Shown one piece after another: positions 19,528-29,156 of a stretch of DNA of 64,000 nucleotides. Positions within the stretch are counted from its first letter, which is position 1, and each line of letters opens with the position of its first letter. A program made the translations under genes and the position numbers. The DNA is from Thermoanaerobaculia bacterium. GTDB lineage: Bacteria > Acidobacteriota > Thermoanaerobaculia > Multivoradales > Multivoraceae. The notes below the pieces were generated by a model. The model had not been told where the DNA came from. It did no database searches and saw nothing but the letters and a program-made list of their open reading frames with translations. The stretch spans positions 2,464,001-2,528,000 of the forward strand of contig OY762911.1 in NCBI GenBank assembly GCA_963666565.1, given 5' to 3'.

Positions 19528-20718
19528 TCAGGGCGCGTTCGGGAGCTGGGCCAGGGGCGAGTTCCCGGCGTCGCCCGCGGGCGGCGATTCGGCGGCGTAG
19601 ATCGGCGCGCCGTCGGCCAGGCGTTCGATCAGGGGCCCGGTGACGACCGCGTCGCCCGGTTCGGCGCCGCTCCGGATCTCGACCCAGCGGGGGCCCGCGG
19701 CGCCGGTCGTCACCTCGATCCGGCGCGCCCGTCCGTCTTCGGCGCCGAACACGTAGGCGCGGCCGTCGCGGTTCAGGACCGCGGCGCGTTCGACGATGAC
19801 GGCGCCGCCGGGGGTCCGCGGCCTGATCTCGGCGCGGACGAAGGCGCCCGCCTTCGCCCCGGGCATGTCGCCGGGAACCGGCGCCCGCACCCGGTAGGTG
19901 CGGCTCTCCGGGTCGATCCTCGCGTTCACCGAGGCGATCCGCGACTCGAAGGGCGCGGCCGCGCCCTCGACGATCAGCAGGGCCGGGTCGCCGACCCGGA
20001 CCGGCGCCGCCGCCGCGGCGGGCACGTCGAGCTCGGCGGCGAAGCCGGTGTGCTCCTGAATCGTGAGGACGACCGAGCCCGGCCCGACGATGGCGCCCTC
20101 GTGAAGCTGCCGTTCGACCACGTGGGCGTCGTACGGACTCGTCACCGCCGTGCGGGTCAGGTCCTGCTCGGCGCTCTCGACCGTCGCGAGTTCCTGCTCG
20201 ACGCGGGCCCTGGCCACCGCGAGGTGGGTCAGTTGCCGGTCGAGGTGCTGGGTCGGGGCGACCTCCTGTTCGGCCAGCCGCCGGACCCGCTCCAGCTCCT
20301 GCCGGGCCTGCGCGGCCTCGGCCTGGGCCAGGGCAAGGCCGGCGCGCGCCCGCTTCAGGTCGGTCTCGAACGGTCCCGGATCGAGCTGGAGCACGACGTC
20401 GCCCGCCGCCACACGGTCGCCGACGTCGAAGTGGACGGCGGCGATGCGCCCGGCGACTTCCGGTCCGAGTTCGGTCAGGCGGGGAGCGACGACGGAGCCG
20501 GAAGCCGTGACGAGGGCGTCGACCTGGCCGCGGCGCACGCGAGTCGTCGGGGCGGATTCGCCGCGAAAACCCGGGGCTGCGCCGGCCGTCTCGGTTCCGC
20601 CGCCGGCGCCGCCGGCGCCGGCGTCCCGGCAGCCGGCGCTCGCGAGGCTCAGAACGAGCATCGCGCAGATCGCGGGCGACGCGCTTCGCGCCTCGTAGTC
20701 CGGCCTGGTGCCTTTCAT
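19528..20718 (-). CDS. RND periplasmic adaptor (membrane fusion protein)
   Basis: Lipobox LASAGC, lipoyl hybrid VGDRVAAGD...SPYDA, coiled coil; directly upstream of the RND gene. Confidence 0.88.
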   Translation of the reverse strand: MKGTRPDYEARSASPAICAMLVLSLASAGCRDAGAGGAGGGTETAGAAPGFRGESAPTTRVRRGQVDALVTASGSVVAPRLTELGPEVAGRIAAVHFDVGDRVAAGDVVLQLDPGPFETDLKRARAGLALAQAEAAQARQELERVRRLAEQEVAPTQHLDRQLTHLAVARARVEQELATVESAEQDLTRTAVTSPYDAHVVERQLHEGAIVGPGSVVLTIQEHTGFAAELDVPAAAAAPVRVGDPALLIVEGAAAPFESRIASVNARIDPESRTYRVRAPVPGDMPGAKAGAFVRAEIRPRTPGGAVIVERAAVLNRDGRAYVFGAEDGRARRIEVTTGAAGPRWVEIRSGAEPGDAVVTGPLIERLADGAPIYAAESPPAGDAGNSPLAQLPNAP

Positions 20719-20936
20719 TGACCGACTCCTGCTGGAAGTCGCGGAGTCGGGCCGGGACGGCCTGCATCGGACGGGTCCGGCGCCCCGGCCCTCCTCGTCG
20801 TCGCGCGGTTCGCGGCCGTGCCCGGTCGGGCTGGTACGCTGCCGCTATCCGCGTCCGAGATCATACAGCCGGCGGCGGATTTCCGCGGAACCGTCGCGCT
20901 CCGGCCTTCCCGCCCTGCCTGGAGGTTCGATCGAAC

Positions 20937-21776
20937 ATGCGTCCCGATTCCCGAAGAGTCTCCGTTCCCGGCGTCGCCGTTTCGCTGGCGGTCCTGGGCC
21001 TCGCCCCCGGCGCCGCGTCGCCGGCGCTCGCCGAGGAGTTCGACCACGTTCACCTGATCGCGCCCGAGACGCTGGCGGCGGCGAAGTGGTACCAGGAGCT
21101 CTTCGGCGGCGAACTCGGCAAGAGCGGTCCCTTCGATGCCGTCTACTACGGCAACGACATCCTGAAGGTCCGGGAAGGCGAACCGACGAGCGGCAGCGGC
21201 GGCACGTCCCTCGACCACATCAGCTTCTCCGTGACGGACGTGGAGGCGAGCCTGGAGGAGTGCGAAGCCGCGGGCGGCAAGGCGGTCGGCGCGGCTCGGC
21301 ACGTGGAGGCGGCCGGATTCACATTCGGTTTCTGCGAAGACCCCTGGGGCACGCGGATCGAGGTGATCGACGACATGGACCACGGCGGCGCGCCGGGACT
21401 GCACCACGTTCACGTGTTCACAAGCGACGCGGCCGCCACGGTGGCCTGGTACGCCGAGCAGTTCGGCGGTGAAGTCGTCGCGTTCAAGGGGCTTGCGCCG
21501 CTGCAGTCGATCCTCTACGACAACGGCGGCGACGAGACATGGCTGATCGTCACCCAGGCGCCGGGCGAACGGACCGGCACCGACGGCACGGCGGTCGATC
21601 ACATCGGTTGGCACACCACGGAGTACGATTCCTGGCTCGAACGGTTGCGCGCCAACGGCGTGAAATTCGTCGAAGAGCCGCGGGTGCTGGACGCCGGACA
21701 CCGGATCGCCTTCGTCGAGGGACCCGAGGGTACGAAGATCGAGCTGGTGGAGCTGCTGGAGGGAGGATCTCCTTGA
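20937..21776 (+). CDS. Secreted VOC/glyoxalase-family protein (tandem domains)
   Basis: GGAGG RBS, signal peptide, DHVHL, DHISF, DPWGTRIEV, HHVH and GPEGTKIELV motifs. Confidence 0.85.
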   Translation: MRPDSRRVSVPGVAVSLAVLGLAPGAASPALAEEFDHVHLIAPETLAAAKWYQELFGGELGKSGPFDAVYYGNDILKVREGEPTSGSGGTSLDHISFSVTDVEASLEECEAAGGKAVGAARHVEAAGFTFGFCEDPWGTRIEVIDDMDHGGAPGLHHVHVFTSDAAATVAWYAEQFGGEVVAFKGLAPLQSILYDNGGDETWLIVTQAPGERTGTDGTAVDHIGWHTTEYDSWLERLRANGVKFVEEPRVLDAGHRIAFVEGPEGTKIELVELLEGGSP

Positions 21777-22843
21777 CGCGCACGGAACTGGTGGCCCACT
21801 GGGTACGCGGGTCTTCTGACCCGCTGCCGCCGCAGGCGGCCAGAAATGCGCGCCGGCCGCGAGGCCGGCTCTGCTTTGGCCGCCGGTTCCGTGCGAGCCG
21901 GCGCCTGAACGCGAGGCGGCGGCTCGTCTGCGCGGCCGCGGCGCTGGCGGCGGCCGGACCGCTCGCGGCGCAGGAGGTGGGCTCGCCCGTCGAACCGGCC
22001 AGGTTCCACCACATCCACCTGAACGTCACCGACGTCGAGCGTTCCATCGACTTCTACCGCGCCACCTTCGGCGCCTTGCCCATCGAGTTCCGGGGCGTCT
22101 CGGACGCCCTGTTCACCGAGCGGTCCTTCATCCTCCTCAACGAGGTGGACGAGCCGCCGGACGGCGGCCAGCGGAGCGGCATCTGGCACTTCGGCTGGGG
22201 CGGCGTCGACCTGCCGAGCCAGTACCGCTGGCTGGTGTCCCGCGGCGTCGACATCCACACGCCGATCTACCGCCTGGGCCGGGGGCACGTGATCTACGTC
22301 AACGGCCCCGACCGCGAGATGATCGAGGTGAACACGATGGGCCACCACCGGTTCGCTCACCTCCATCTGTTCGCGGCCGACGTCAACGAGACGGCGGCCT
22401 GGTACGAACGCCACTTCGGACTGCCCGCGCGGCGCAGCGCCGAGGGCAACCCGCGTCCGGTCGGCGAGGGCGCGAAGTTCGCCACCTGGGAGGAGTTCCA
22501 CCGGGAACACCGGGCCTGGGCCAACTCGTTTCGCGCCGACAACGTGAACTTCATCGTCTACAACCTGCCGGACTACGAGCCGGTGGCGCCGTGGTGGCCC
22601 GAGGACGCGGCGCCGCTGCTGGAGACCCAGCCGCAACGGGGCCGCGCGATCGACCATTTCGCCTTCTCCTACCGCGACATCGAGCCGGTGTTCGAACGGC
22701 TGAAGGCCGCCGGAATCGAGATCGTCGAGCCGATCGCCTACCGGCCGGAGCTCGACATGAGGAGCTTCTTCGTCATGGGCCCGGACAAGGTGGCGGTGGA
22801 GGTCGTCGAGGCGAAACCGATCCCCGAAGGCGTCTGGGACTGA
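21773..22843 (+). CDS. Secreted VOC/glyoxalase-family protein
   Basis: TTG 21773 overlaps the upstream stop and follows GGAGGA; HHIHLNV, WHFGW, GPDREMIEV, DHFAF and GPDKVAVEV motifs. Start uncertain. Confidence 0.8.
   Translation: MTRTELVAHWVRGSSDPLPPQAARNARRPRGRLCFGRRFRASRRLNARRRLVCAAAALAAAGPLAAQEVGSPVEPARFHHIHLNVTDVERSIDFYRATFGALPIEFRGVSDALFTERSFILLNEVDEPPDGGQRSGIWHFGWGGVDLPSQYRWLVSRGVDIHTPIYRLGRGHVIYVNGPDREMIEVNTMGHHRFAHLHLFAADVNETAAWYERHFGLPARRSAEGNPRPVGEGAKFATWEEFHREHRAWANSFRADNVNFIVYNLPDYEPVAPWWPEDAAPLLETQPQRGRAIDHFAFSYRDIEPVFERLKAAGIEIVEPIAYRPELDMRSFFVMGPDKVAVEVVEAKPIPEGVWD
21799..21889 (+). repeat. REP-like repeat with trailing hairpins, lying in frame in the 5' end of the second VOC gene
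   Basis: CTGGGTACGCGGGTCTTCTGACCCGCTGCCGCCGCAGGCGGCC...GCCGGCCGCGAGGCCGGC. Confidence 0.82.
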
Positions 22844-22850
22844 CCGCACC

Positions 22851-22987
22851 GGGTGCGCGGGTCTGACATCCGACCGCCCGCCGACGGGCGCTCGGACTGT
22901 GACGCGGCTGGCGCGGGGACACGCCAGCCGGGTTCCGACCCGCACCGGGTGCGCCGGCGTCCCCGCCGGCATCCGGCGCGAAGCGCC
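22851..22987 (+). repeat. REP-1 with 69-nt insert, followed by a REP-2 copy
   Basis: GGGTGCGCGGGTC + 69 nt (22864-22932) + TTCCGACCCGC, then GGGTGCGCCGGCGTCCCCGCCGGCATCCGGCGCGAAGCGCC. Confidence 0.85.
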
Positions 22988-23066
22988 AGCCTTCGGAAGC
23001 AGGCCGCACCGGCCTGCTAGAGTCCGCCTGCCACTCGGACAAACCGGCTCGAAACTGGAGGCGCGC

Positions 23067-24386
23067 ATGAACCGCTCGATCGCTGCACTTCTCGTCCTCG
23101 GCACGCTCGGACTCGCGTCCGCGGCGGCCGCCGCCGACACCGGCGACGCCGTCACCTTCCACGAGGACGTCCTGGCCATCTTCCAGGAGAACTGCCAGAC
23201 CTGCCACCGCCCGGGCGGCGACAACGTGGCCGGCATGGTGGCGCCGATGTCCCTGATGACCTACGACGAGGTGCGGCCGTGGGCGCGCTCCATTGCCCGC
23301 CTCGTGCAGAGCCGCGAGATGCCCCCCTGGGACGCGACGGACCACACCGCCGGCGTCTTCCTCAACGAGCGGACCCTCACCCGGGAAGAGATCGACACGG
23401 TCGTGGCCTGGGCGAAGCGCGGCGCCCCCAAGGGCGATCCGTCGAAGGGTCCGGCGCCCCGCGAGTGGGAGGACACCGGCGGCTTCCTCATCGGCAAGCC
23501 CGATCTGCTCGTGTACATGGAGGAGCCCTACCACGTGGGCGACGACGTGGAGGACGAACAGCCGAACTTCTTCATCACGCTGACGGAGGAGATGCTCCCC
23601 GAGCCGCGCTGGATCCAGGCGATCGAGTACCAGCCGGACGCCGAGTTCGTCCATCACATCACCGGCCGGGCGTTGATCCCGAACGAGGACGGCGAGGTCG
23701 ACGTGCTGAGCGAGAACACCTTCTCGCTCGGTTCGATCGCGGCCGGCGAGGACCCGACGATCTACCCGCCGGGCTTCGGCAACCTGCTGCGGGCGGGCAT
23801 GGTCGTCCGCCTGAACGTCCACTACCACAAGGAGCCCGGTCCGGGCTCCGGCGGCTACGACCGGTCGGCGGTCGCCTTCCGCTTCCACCCGGTCGGCGCC
23901 GAGGTCAAGCACAAGGTGACCTGGAACACGATCGGCGCCGGCGCCTTCGAGATCCCGCCGGGCCACGGCAACTGGCGCGTCGGCTCGTCCCGGATCTTCG
24001 AGAAGGACACCGTGCTGCTGTCTCTCCATCCGCACATGCACTTCCGCGGCCAGAGCATGAAGTACACGGCCCACTACCCGGACGGCGGCGCCGAGGTGCT
24101 GCTCGACGTGCCCGAGTACGACTACAGTTGGCAGACGAACTACATCTACCGCGAGCCGAAGGTGCTGCCGGCGGGCACCCGCGTCGAGATCGAGGCCGTC
24201 TACGACAACTCGGAGACCAAGCTCGATGAGTACCCCTTCCTGAACATCGGCCGGGCGGTCGACTGGGGCGCCCAGAGCACGGACGAGATGATGGCGCCGT
24301 TCCTGGCCTGGACCTACGTCGAGCCCGAAGACGCGGCGGCCATCCGCGCAACCGGCGCCGCCGGATCCACCGGCGGCGGCGAGTAG
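23067..24386 (+). CDS. Secreted cytochrome c / copper type II (PHM/DBH-like) monooxygenase fusion
   Basis: GGAGG RBS, signal peptide, CQTCH heme motif, MPPW, Cu ligands VHH, HYH, HPHMH and DEMM. Confidence 0.82.
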   Translation: MNRSIAALLVLGTLGLASAAAAADTGDAVTFHEDVLAIFQENCQTCHRPGGDNVAGMVAPMSLMTYDEVRPWARSIARLVQSREMPPWDATDHTAGVFLNERTLTREEIDTVVAWAKRGAPKGDPSKGPAPREWEDTGGFLIGKPDLLVYMEEPYHVGDDVEDEQPNFFITLTEEMLPEPRWIQAIEYQPDAEFVHHITGRALIPNEDGEVDVLSENTFSLGSIAAGEDPTIYPPGFGNLLRAGMVVRLNVHYHKEPGPGSGGYDRSAVAFRFHPVGAEVKHKVTWNTIGAGAFEIPPGHGNWRVGSSRIFEKDTVLLSLHPHMHFRGQSMKYTAHYPDGGAEVLLDVPEYDYSWQTNYIYREPKVLPAGTRVEIEAVYDNSETKLDEYPFLNIGRAVDWGAQSTDEMMAPFLAWTYVEPEDAAAIRATGAAGSTGGGE

Positions 24387-24390
24387 CAGG

Positions 24391-24416
24391 CTGGGTGCGC
24401 GGGTCTTCCGACCCGC
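24391..24416 (+). repeat. REP-like palindrome between convergent genes
   Basis: CTGGGTGCGCGGGTCTTCCGACCCGC. Confidence 0.85.
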
Positions 24417-25792
24417 TACCGCGGAGAGAGCACTCCCAGTGGCGGCGAGCCGTCCAGGCTCTCGAAGTCGACGTCGAGCAGCATCGCGATGAGGTCGGCG
24501 ATGTCCGTCAGGCCCATGCGGTGCACGGTGCGGCCGGCTTCGAAGCCGGCGCCCCAGCCGACGAAGCCGGTGAGGATCTCGGGGAAGTCGGTGGGGAAGT
24601 GGCCGTGGGCGCCGCCGTCGGTGGGCCTGATCGCGTCGCCGGAGGCGTCGGCGCCGAAGCTGACGCCGAGCGCACCGGCGAGGGCGAAGGGGACGCCCGG
24701 GCTGGCGCCGATCTCGTCGAGTTCGTCGCGTTCGACGATCCGGAACAGCCGGCCGATGGGTTGGGGCAGGTCGGCGAGGATGGCGCGGACTGCCTTCAGC
24801 GCCTCTTCGTCGCCCGCGTCCCGCAGGTGAAGGAAGGTGGCGCCGCCGCTGGGGTGGAACGTGGCGCGCCACTCGCCGCGGTCGGGTGCCGTGCCGTGGA
24901 GACCGGCTTCGGCGAGCCAGACGTTGGGCATCACCTGGGTGTGGAGGTCGACGAAGCCGTGGTCGCCGGTGATCACGAAGGCCGTGCGGTCCAGGATGCC
25001 GGCGCGGGCCGCGGCGTCGCGGACCGCGCCGACCGCACGGTCGGCGGCGCCGACGGCGCGCCGGATGCGATCCGATTCCCGGCCGTGCGCGTGCTGGGCG
25101 GAGTCGGTCGTGATCAGGTGCAGCGCCAGCAGGGCCGGCTTGTGGGTCTCCAGGACGTAGGCGGCCATGGCGCCCGTCGTGTCGTCACGGGTGATGTAGG
25201 CGGCGCCGTAGTTGCGCAGGTTGAGCCGGCCGGTGGCCTCGCGCTCGAGTTCCTGCCACAGGCCTGGAGTCGTGCCCTCGCGCATCGGGGCAAGGCGGTC
25301 GCTGTTCGGGTCGAGGGAGTAGGTCTCGGGCACGAAGCGGTCGATCGGAGCACCGACGGTGACCGGCCACGAGATCGCGGCGGTCTGCTTGCCGGCAGCG
25401 CGCACCGCGTCCCAGAGCGTGTCGACCTGAATCGAGGACTCGAACCAGTACCACTCGCCGGTCTGTCCCTCCGGTTCGAAGGGCCGGTTGTAGTAGATCC
25501 CGTGCCGGGCGGGCAACGCGCCGGTGACGATCGTCGTGTGCGACGGGTAGGTGACGGTCGGAAACACCCCGCGCACGCCCTCGGCTTGGGCGCCGTCGCG
25601 TGCCATCTGCTGGATGTTCGGCGCCGGCCAGGAGGAGCCGGGGAGGTAGAAATCCGGCCGGAAGCCGTCCACCGAGACGAGCACGACGTGATCCGCGCGC
25701 TGCTCCGCCTGTGCCGCCAGCGGACCGGTAGCCAGCAGGAGACAACAGATGACAGGCCCGACTCTCCTGGCGATGGACGGTCCGGTTGCCAT
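24416..25792 (-). CDS. Nucleotide pyrophosphatase/phosphodiesterase (alkaline phosphatase superfamily), secreted
   Basis: VSVDGFR, FPTVTYPSHTT (Thr nucleophile), DSAQH, GDHG and GAHG motifs. Confidence 0.9.
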   Translation of the reverse strand: MATGPSIARRVGPVICCLLLATGPLAAQAEQRADHVVLVSVDGFRPDFYLPGSSWPAPNIQQMARDGAQAEGVRGVFPTVTYPSHTTIVTGALPARHGIYYNRPFEPEGQTGEWYWFESSIQVDTLWDAVRAAGKQTAAISWPVTVGAPIDRFVPETYSLDPNSDRLAPMREGTTPGLWQELEREATGRLNLRNYGAAYITRDDTTGAMAAYVLETHKPALLALHLITTDSAQHAHGRESDRIRRAVGAADRAVGAVRDAAARAGILDRTAFVITGDHGFVDLHTQVMPNVWLAEAGLHGTAPDRGEWRATFHPSGGATFLHLRDAGDEEALKAVRAILADLPQPIGRLFRIVERDELDEIGASPGVPFALAGALGVSFGADASGDAIRPTDGGAHGHFPTDFPEILTGFVGWGAGFEAGRTVHRMGLTDIADLIAMLLDVDFESLDGSPPLGVLSPR

Positions 25793-25801
25793 CGTGCTCC
25801 C

Positions 25802-26629
25802 CTACACCGCCGCGGCGAGCCGGCCGGCGTAGATGCTCTGCCGCATCTCTTCCAGCTTGTCGAGGTAGAGCTGCCTGTACTCGTCGTAGTCGAGGTCGAA
25901 CGGCGCCCGGCCGCGCTCGAAGCCGGCGAAGGTCTGGTTCGGGCCGTCTTCCGCGAACGGCCGCATCGCCTCGACCTGCTCCTCGAACAGGTCGACCAGG
26001 TGCGGATGCTCGGCGAGCAGGCGCTGCAGGACGTACACGCCGAAGCCGATGTGGCGGGCCTCGTCGCGCTGGATCAGGCGAATCCCGCGGTTGAGCGCGG
26101 GCAGCTTGCCCGTGCGCTCGAAGATCTTGTAGTAGATCGGGTAGCTGGCTTCCGCGCCCACGCCCTCGACGTAGAAGTGGTACAGCATGATGGCGCGCAG
26201 CAGCGCCTCCGGGCTGTCGTCGTCGAACAGCGCGCGCATCGTCGCGGGCAGCCGCGTCGAGAACATGTCGCCGTGCAGGTTGGGGTAGGGGATGTCGACC
26301 CCGAACCGGCCCGGCAGCGCCTCGATCAGCCAGGTCTCGAAGAACTGGATGTGGCGGGCCTCCTCGTACATCTGCGCGGTGACGTACATCTCGTCTTCCA
26401 GCCGACCGTCCTGGCGGAAGCGGAACTGGAGCGGCGCGAGTTCGTGGGTCACGCCGCGCTCGCCGACCCGGAAACCGGAGACCAGGCGGATCAGCAGGTT
26501 CCGTTCGTCGTCGGTGAACGACAGCCAGTCGGAGCGCTCCCGGGAGAAGTCGATGTCGGCGGGGTTCCACGAACGCTCGTGGGAAGCGGTGAAGAGTCGG
26601 ATCGGGAGCGACGAGTTGTCGAACGGCAT
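25802..26629 (-). CDS. R2-like ligand-binding oxidase (R2lox)
   Basis: AAGGAGG RBS; WNPADIDFS, GERGV, EEARH, VEGVGAEASY and DEARH motifs; no R1 subunit nearby. Confidence 0.85.
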   Translation of the reverse strand: MPFDNSSLPIRLFTASHERSWNPADIDFSRERSDWLSFTDDERNLLIRLVSGFRVGERGVTHELAPLQFRFRQDGRLEDEMYVTAQMYEEARHIQFFETWLIEALPGRFGVDIPYPNLHGDMFSTRLPATMRALFDDDSPEALLRAIMLYHFYVEGVGAEASYPIYYKIFERTGKLPALNRGIRLIQRDEARHIGFGVYVLQRLLAEHPHLVDLFEEQVEAMRPFAEDGPNQTFAGFERGRAPFDLDYDEYRQLYLDKLEEMRQSIYAGRLAAAV

Positions 26630-26674
26630 CGTGGACCTCCTTGAGGGGATTCTAGCGCGGCAGAAGGTCCGGAA

Positions 26675-26700
26675 GCCGGCGCTTGGCGCCGGCGCACCCG
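26675..26700 (-). repeat. REP-2-like palindrome
   Basis: Reverse complement CGGGTGCGCCGGCGCCAAGCGCCGGC resembles the REP-2 at 22947. Confidence 0.55.
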
Positions 26701-26868
26701 GTTTCTGCCGCGAAGGCGCCTGGTGGCGGCGGAAGGCCCGGACCGGCAGCAGCATGGCCACGGCCATGAGCAGGGAACCGGTCAGGAGCGGCGCGCCGGG
26801 CCTGGATGCCGCCGAGGCGGTGAAGCGCCGCGAGAGCAGTAGGGCTGGCAGGCGCTAGAGTTGACGCC

Positions 26869-27387
26869 ATGATCCACTTGGTCGAAGCGTCCCGGTCGAG
26901 TCGGCCCGTGCCGGCTCCTCGCGGCGGCAACTGGCATTGCGGGGGCGCCTTGGTGGCTGTGACTGTAACGCTGGCCGGAACGCTCGCGGCCTGCGGACCG
27001 TCGGAAACCCCGGCGCCCGCGGCGCCAGAGCCGGACGTGGAGACGCTGCGCGCGTCCTTCATCGCGCAGATCGAATCGATCGACCTCGTGGCGAATCTCG
27101 AAGCCGACGGCGACGACATTCGCTTCGTTCGCCCCGACGGCTCGGGCGAGGACGTCCAGTGGCGCGTGCGGATCGACTCGCTCGAAGTCCAGGCCGGGTC
27201 AGGCGAGGGGGCGCAGGCGCTCGGCCACGTACTGTCGGCCTGGAGTGCCGACGGCCGGCCGATCACGGTCTGGGAGGGATCCACCGGACCGCAGACGGAC
27301 ATGCCGCTGTGGGTTCTGGACGCGGGTCTGGCGACCGACTGCTGGGCGCTGTGGGACGACGCAGCGAAGGCGTGGAGCTGGACGTGA
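26869..27387 (+). CDS. Hypothetical lipoprotein
   Basis: Hydrophobic stretch ending LAAC, GC3-biased downstream codons; start uncertain. Confidence 0.65.
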   Translation: MIHLVEASRSSRPVPAPRGGNWHCGGALVAVTVTLAGTLAACGPSETPAPAAPEPDVETLRASFIAQIESIDLVANLEADGDDIRFVRPDGSGEDVQWRVRIDSLEVQAGSGEGAQALGHVLSAWSADGRPITVWEGSTGPQTDMPLWVLDAGLATDCWALWDDAAKAWSWT

Positions 27388-27470
27388 CGCGGACCGTCGC
27401 GCATCGGCGGCTATGATCGAAGGACGCTGGTTGGATTCCTGGTTTCACCCGCTCTTGGGAGGGTAGTCGG

Positions 27471-28547
27471 ATGAGGAAGAACGAACGGTCGAGTGCCGCG
27501 GCGACGACAGGCGCCGTGGTCCTGTTGCTCGGACTCGCCGCCGGCGCGGTTTCGGCGGCCAACAACAACGCCAACGACGCGGACTGGACGATTCCCCGCA
27601 CCGCCTACGGCCATCCCGACCTCCAGGGCGTGTGGGAGAACAACAACGGCACGCCGCTGCAGCGGCCCGCCGCCTGGGCGGGCAAGGAGCGCCTGACGGA
27701 CGAGGAGTTCCAGGAGCTGATGGCCGCGGTCGCCGAGGCGACGGACCCCGGCGCGGACGCCCTGTTCGGCGACCAGCTCGTCCTCGCGGCGATCGAGCGG
27801 ACGAAGGCGACGTCCTACGACCCGACGACCGGCAACTACAACCAGTTCTGGATCGCGGACCGCTACTTCACGAAGCGCACGTCCCTCGTCGTCGATCCCC
27901 CCGACGGCCTCATCCCGCCGTTCACGGAAGACGCCAAGGAACGCCTCTGCAAGCGGGTGAAGCACCTGATGGAGCATCCGGCCGATTCCTGGCTCGACCG
28001 GCCGATCGCCGAGCGCTGCATCAGCTACGGCGCCCCCTTCATCTTCCCGGGCTACAACGGCTATCACCAGTTCTTCCAGAGCCCGGACCACGTCGTCATT
28101 CACCAGGAGATGATCCACGACGCACGGGTCATCCGGTTGGACGACGAGTCCGCGCTCGACGACGACGTCCGGCTGTGGAACGGCGACTCCCGCGGCCACT
28201 GGGACGGCGACACCCTGGTCGTCGAGACGACGAACTACTCGAAGAAGAACGACTTCATGGGCTCCTCGGAGCAGCTTGCGATCACTGAGCGGTTCACCCT
28301 GACGGACCCGGAGACCCTGGAATGGGAGGTCACGGTGCACGACCCGGGGACGTGGACGAAGCCCTGGACGGCCTCGATTCCCCTCAAGCGCACGGAGGAC
28401 GCCATCTACGAGTACGCCTGTCACGAGGGCAACTACGGCATGGAGGGCATGCTCGCCGGCGCCCGCGCCCAGGAAGCGGCGAACAAGCCGAAGCAGATCG
28501 ACCCGGGCGCGGCCTTCCGCTACCCGGGTCTGATCTGCGACTTCTGA
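27471..28547 (+). CDS. Conserved secreted hypothetical protein
   Basis: GGAGGG RBS, signal peptide, PRTAYGHPDLQGVW, GDSRGHWDGDTLVVETTN and YEYACHEGNY motifs. Confidence 0.8.
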   Translation: MRKNERSSAAATTGAVVLLLGLAAGAVSAANNNANDADWTIPRTAYGHPDLQGVWENNNGTPLQRPAAWAGKERLTDEEFQELMAAVAEATDPGADALFGDQLVLAAIERTKATSYDPTTGNYNQFWIADRYFTKRTSLVVDPPDGLIPPFTEDAKERLCKRVKHLMEHPADSWLDRPIAERCISYGAPFIFPGYNGYHQFFQSPDHVVIHQEMIHDARVIRLDDESALDDDVRLWNGDSRGHWDGDTLVVETTNYSKKNDFMGSSEQLAITERFTLTDPETLEWEVTVHDPGTWTKPWTASIPLKRTEDAIYEYACHEGNYGMEGMLAGARAQEAANKPKQIDPGAAFRYPGLICDF

Positions 28548-28588
28548 GCGGAGGGGCGCCGCTCTCTTCGGTCGGGTGATGGACCCGG

Positions 28589-28960
28589 CTACACGCACAT
28601 GATCTGGCTCATGCCGAGGAGTTGGTTGCCGTAGGTCTTGAGCCTCGGCTGCTTTGTGCCTTCGCCCAGGACGATGTAGACGATGCCGCTGAGCAGAAGC
28701 GTGGTGCAGCCCAGCTTCGACCAGCGGCCCCCTTCCGCGCTCTCCAGGTCGATCGTCCGGAGACCGTCGAGCTCGGGGCGAGGCAGGCTCGTTGCCTGCT
28801 TCGCGGGATCCCCGTAGAGCGCCGCATCCGCGTGGGGGGCCGCATCCGCGTACGGGGCCGCATCCGCGCGGAGCGCGGCGCCCGCGTCGGGCGCGGCGGC
28901 CAGGGGAGCGCCGGCGGTCGTGAGGAGGAGGGCCAGTGCGATGGCTGTGAGGTTCTTCAT
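28589..28960 (-). CDS. Small secreted precursor peptide B (signal peptide + double-glycine-type leader + two-Cys core)
   Basis: AAAGGAG RBS; MKNLTAIALALLLTTAGAPLAA signal; LRTIDLESAEGG motif; core RWSKLGC...MCV. Confidence 0.75.
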   Translation of the reverse strand: MKNLTAIALALLLTTAGAPLAAAPDAGAALRADAAPYADAAPHADAALYGDPAKQATSLPRPELDGLRTIDLESAEGGRWSKLGCTTLLLSGIVYIVLGEGTKQPRLKTYGNQLLGMSQIMCV

Positions 28961-29020
28961 GGTCGATGGCTCCTTTGCCTGTGGATGGTTGAGAAGAGGC
29001 TCTTGCCCCTCCTGTAGACA

Positions 29021-29057
29021 AAGACGCGATCCGGCGGCGAAACACGGTTTCGCCGCC
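29021..29057. promoter_or_regulatory. Shared 14-bp motif plus 11-bp hairpin upstream of peptide B
   Basis: AAGACGCGATCCGG (29021-29034) is identical to 30298-30311; stem GGCGGCGAAAC/GTTTCGCCGCC at 29033-29057. Confidence 0.45.
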
Positions 29058-29156
29058 CGGTGTTCGCCGTTCTCGCGGCGCTCGAACAGGAAGGGCCGGC
29101 CGTTCGACCGGGCCGGCGGGTAGACGAACCGCCGTGCGACCGTTCGTCTTCGCGCG

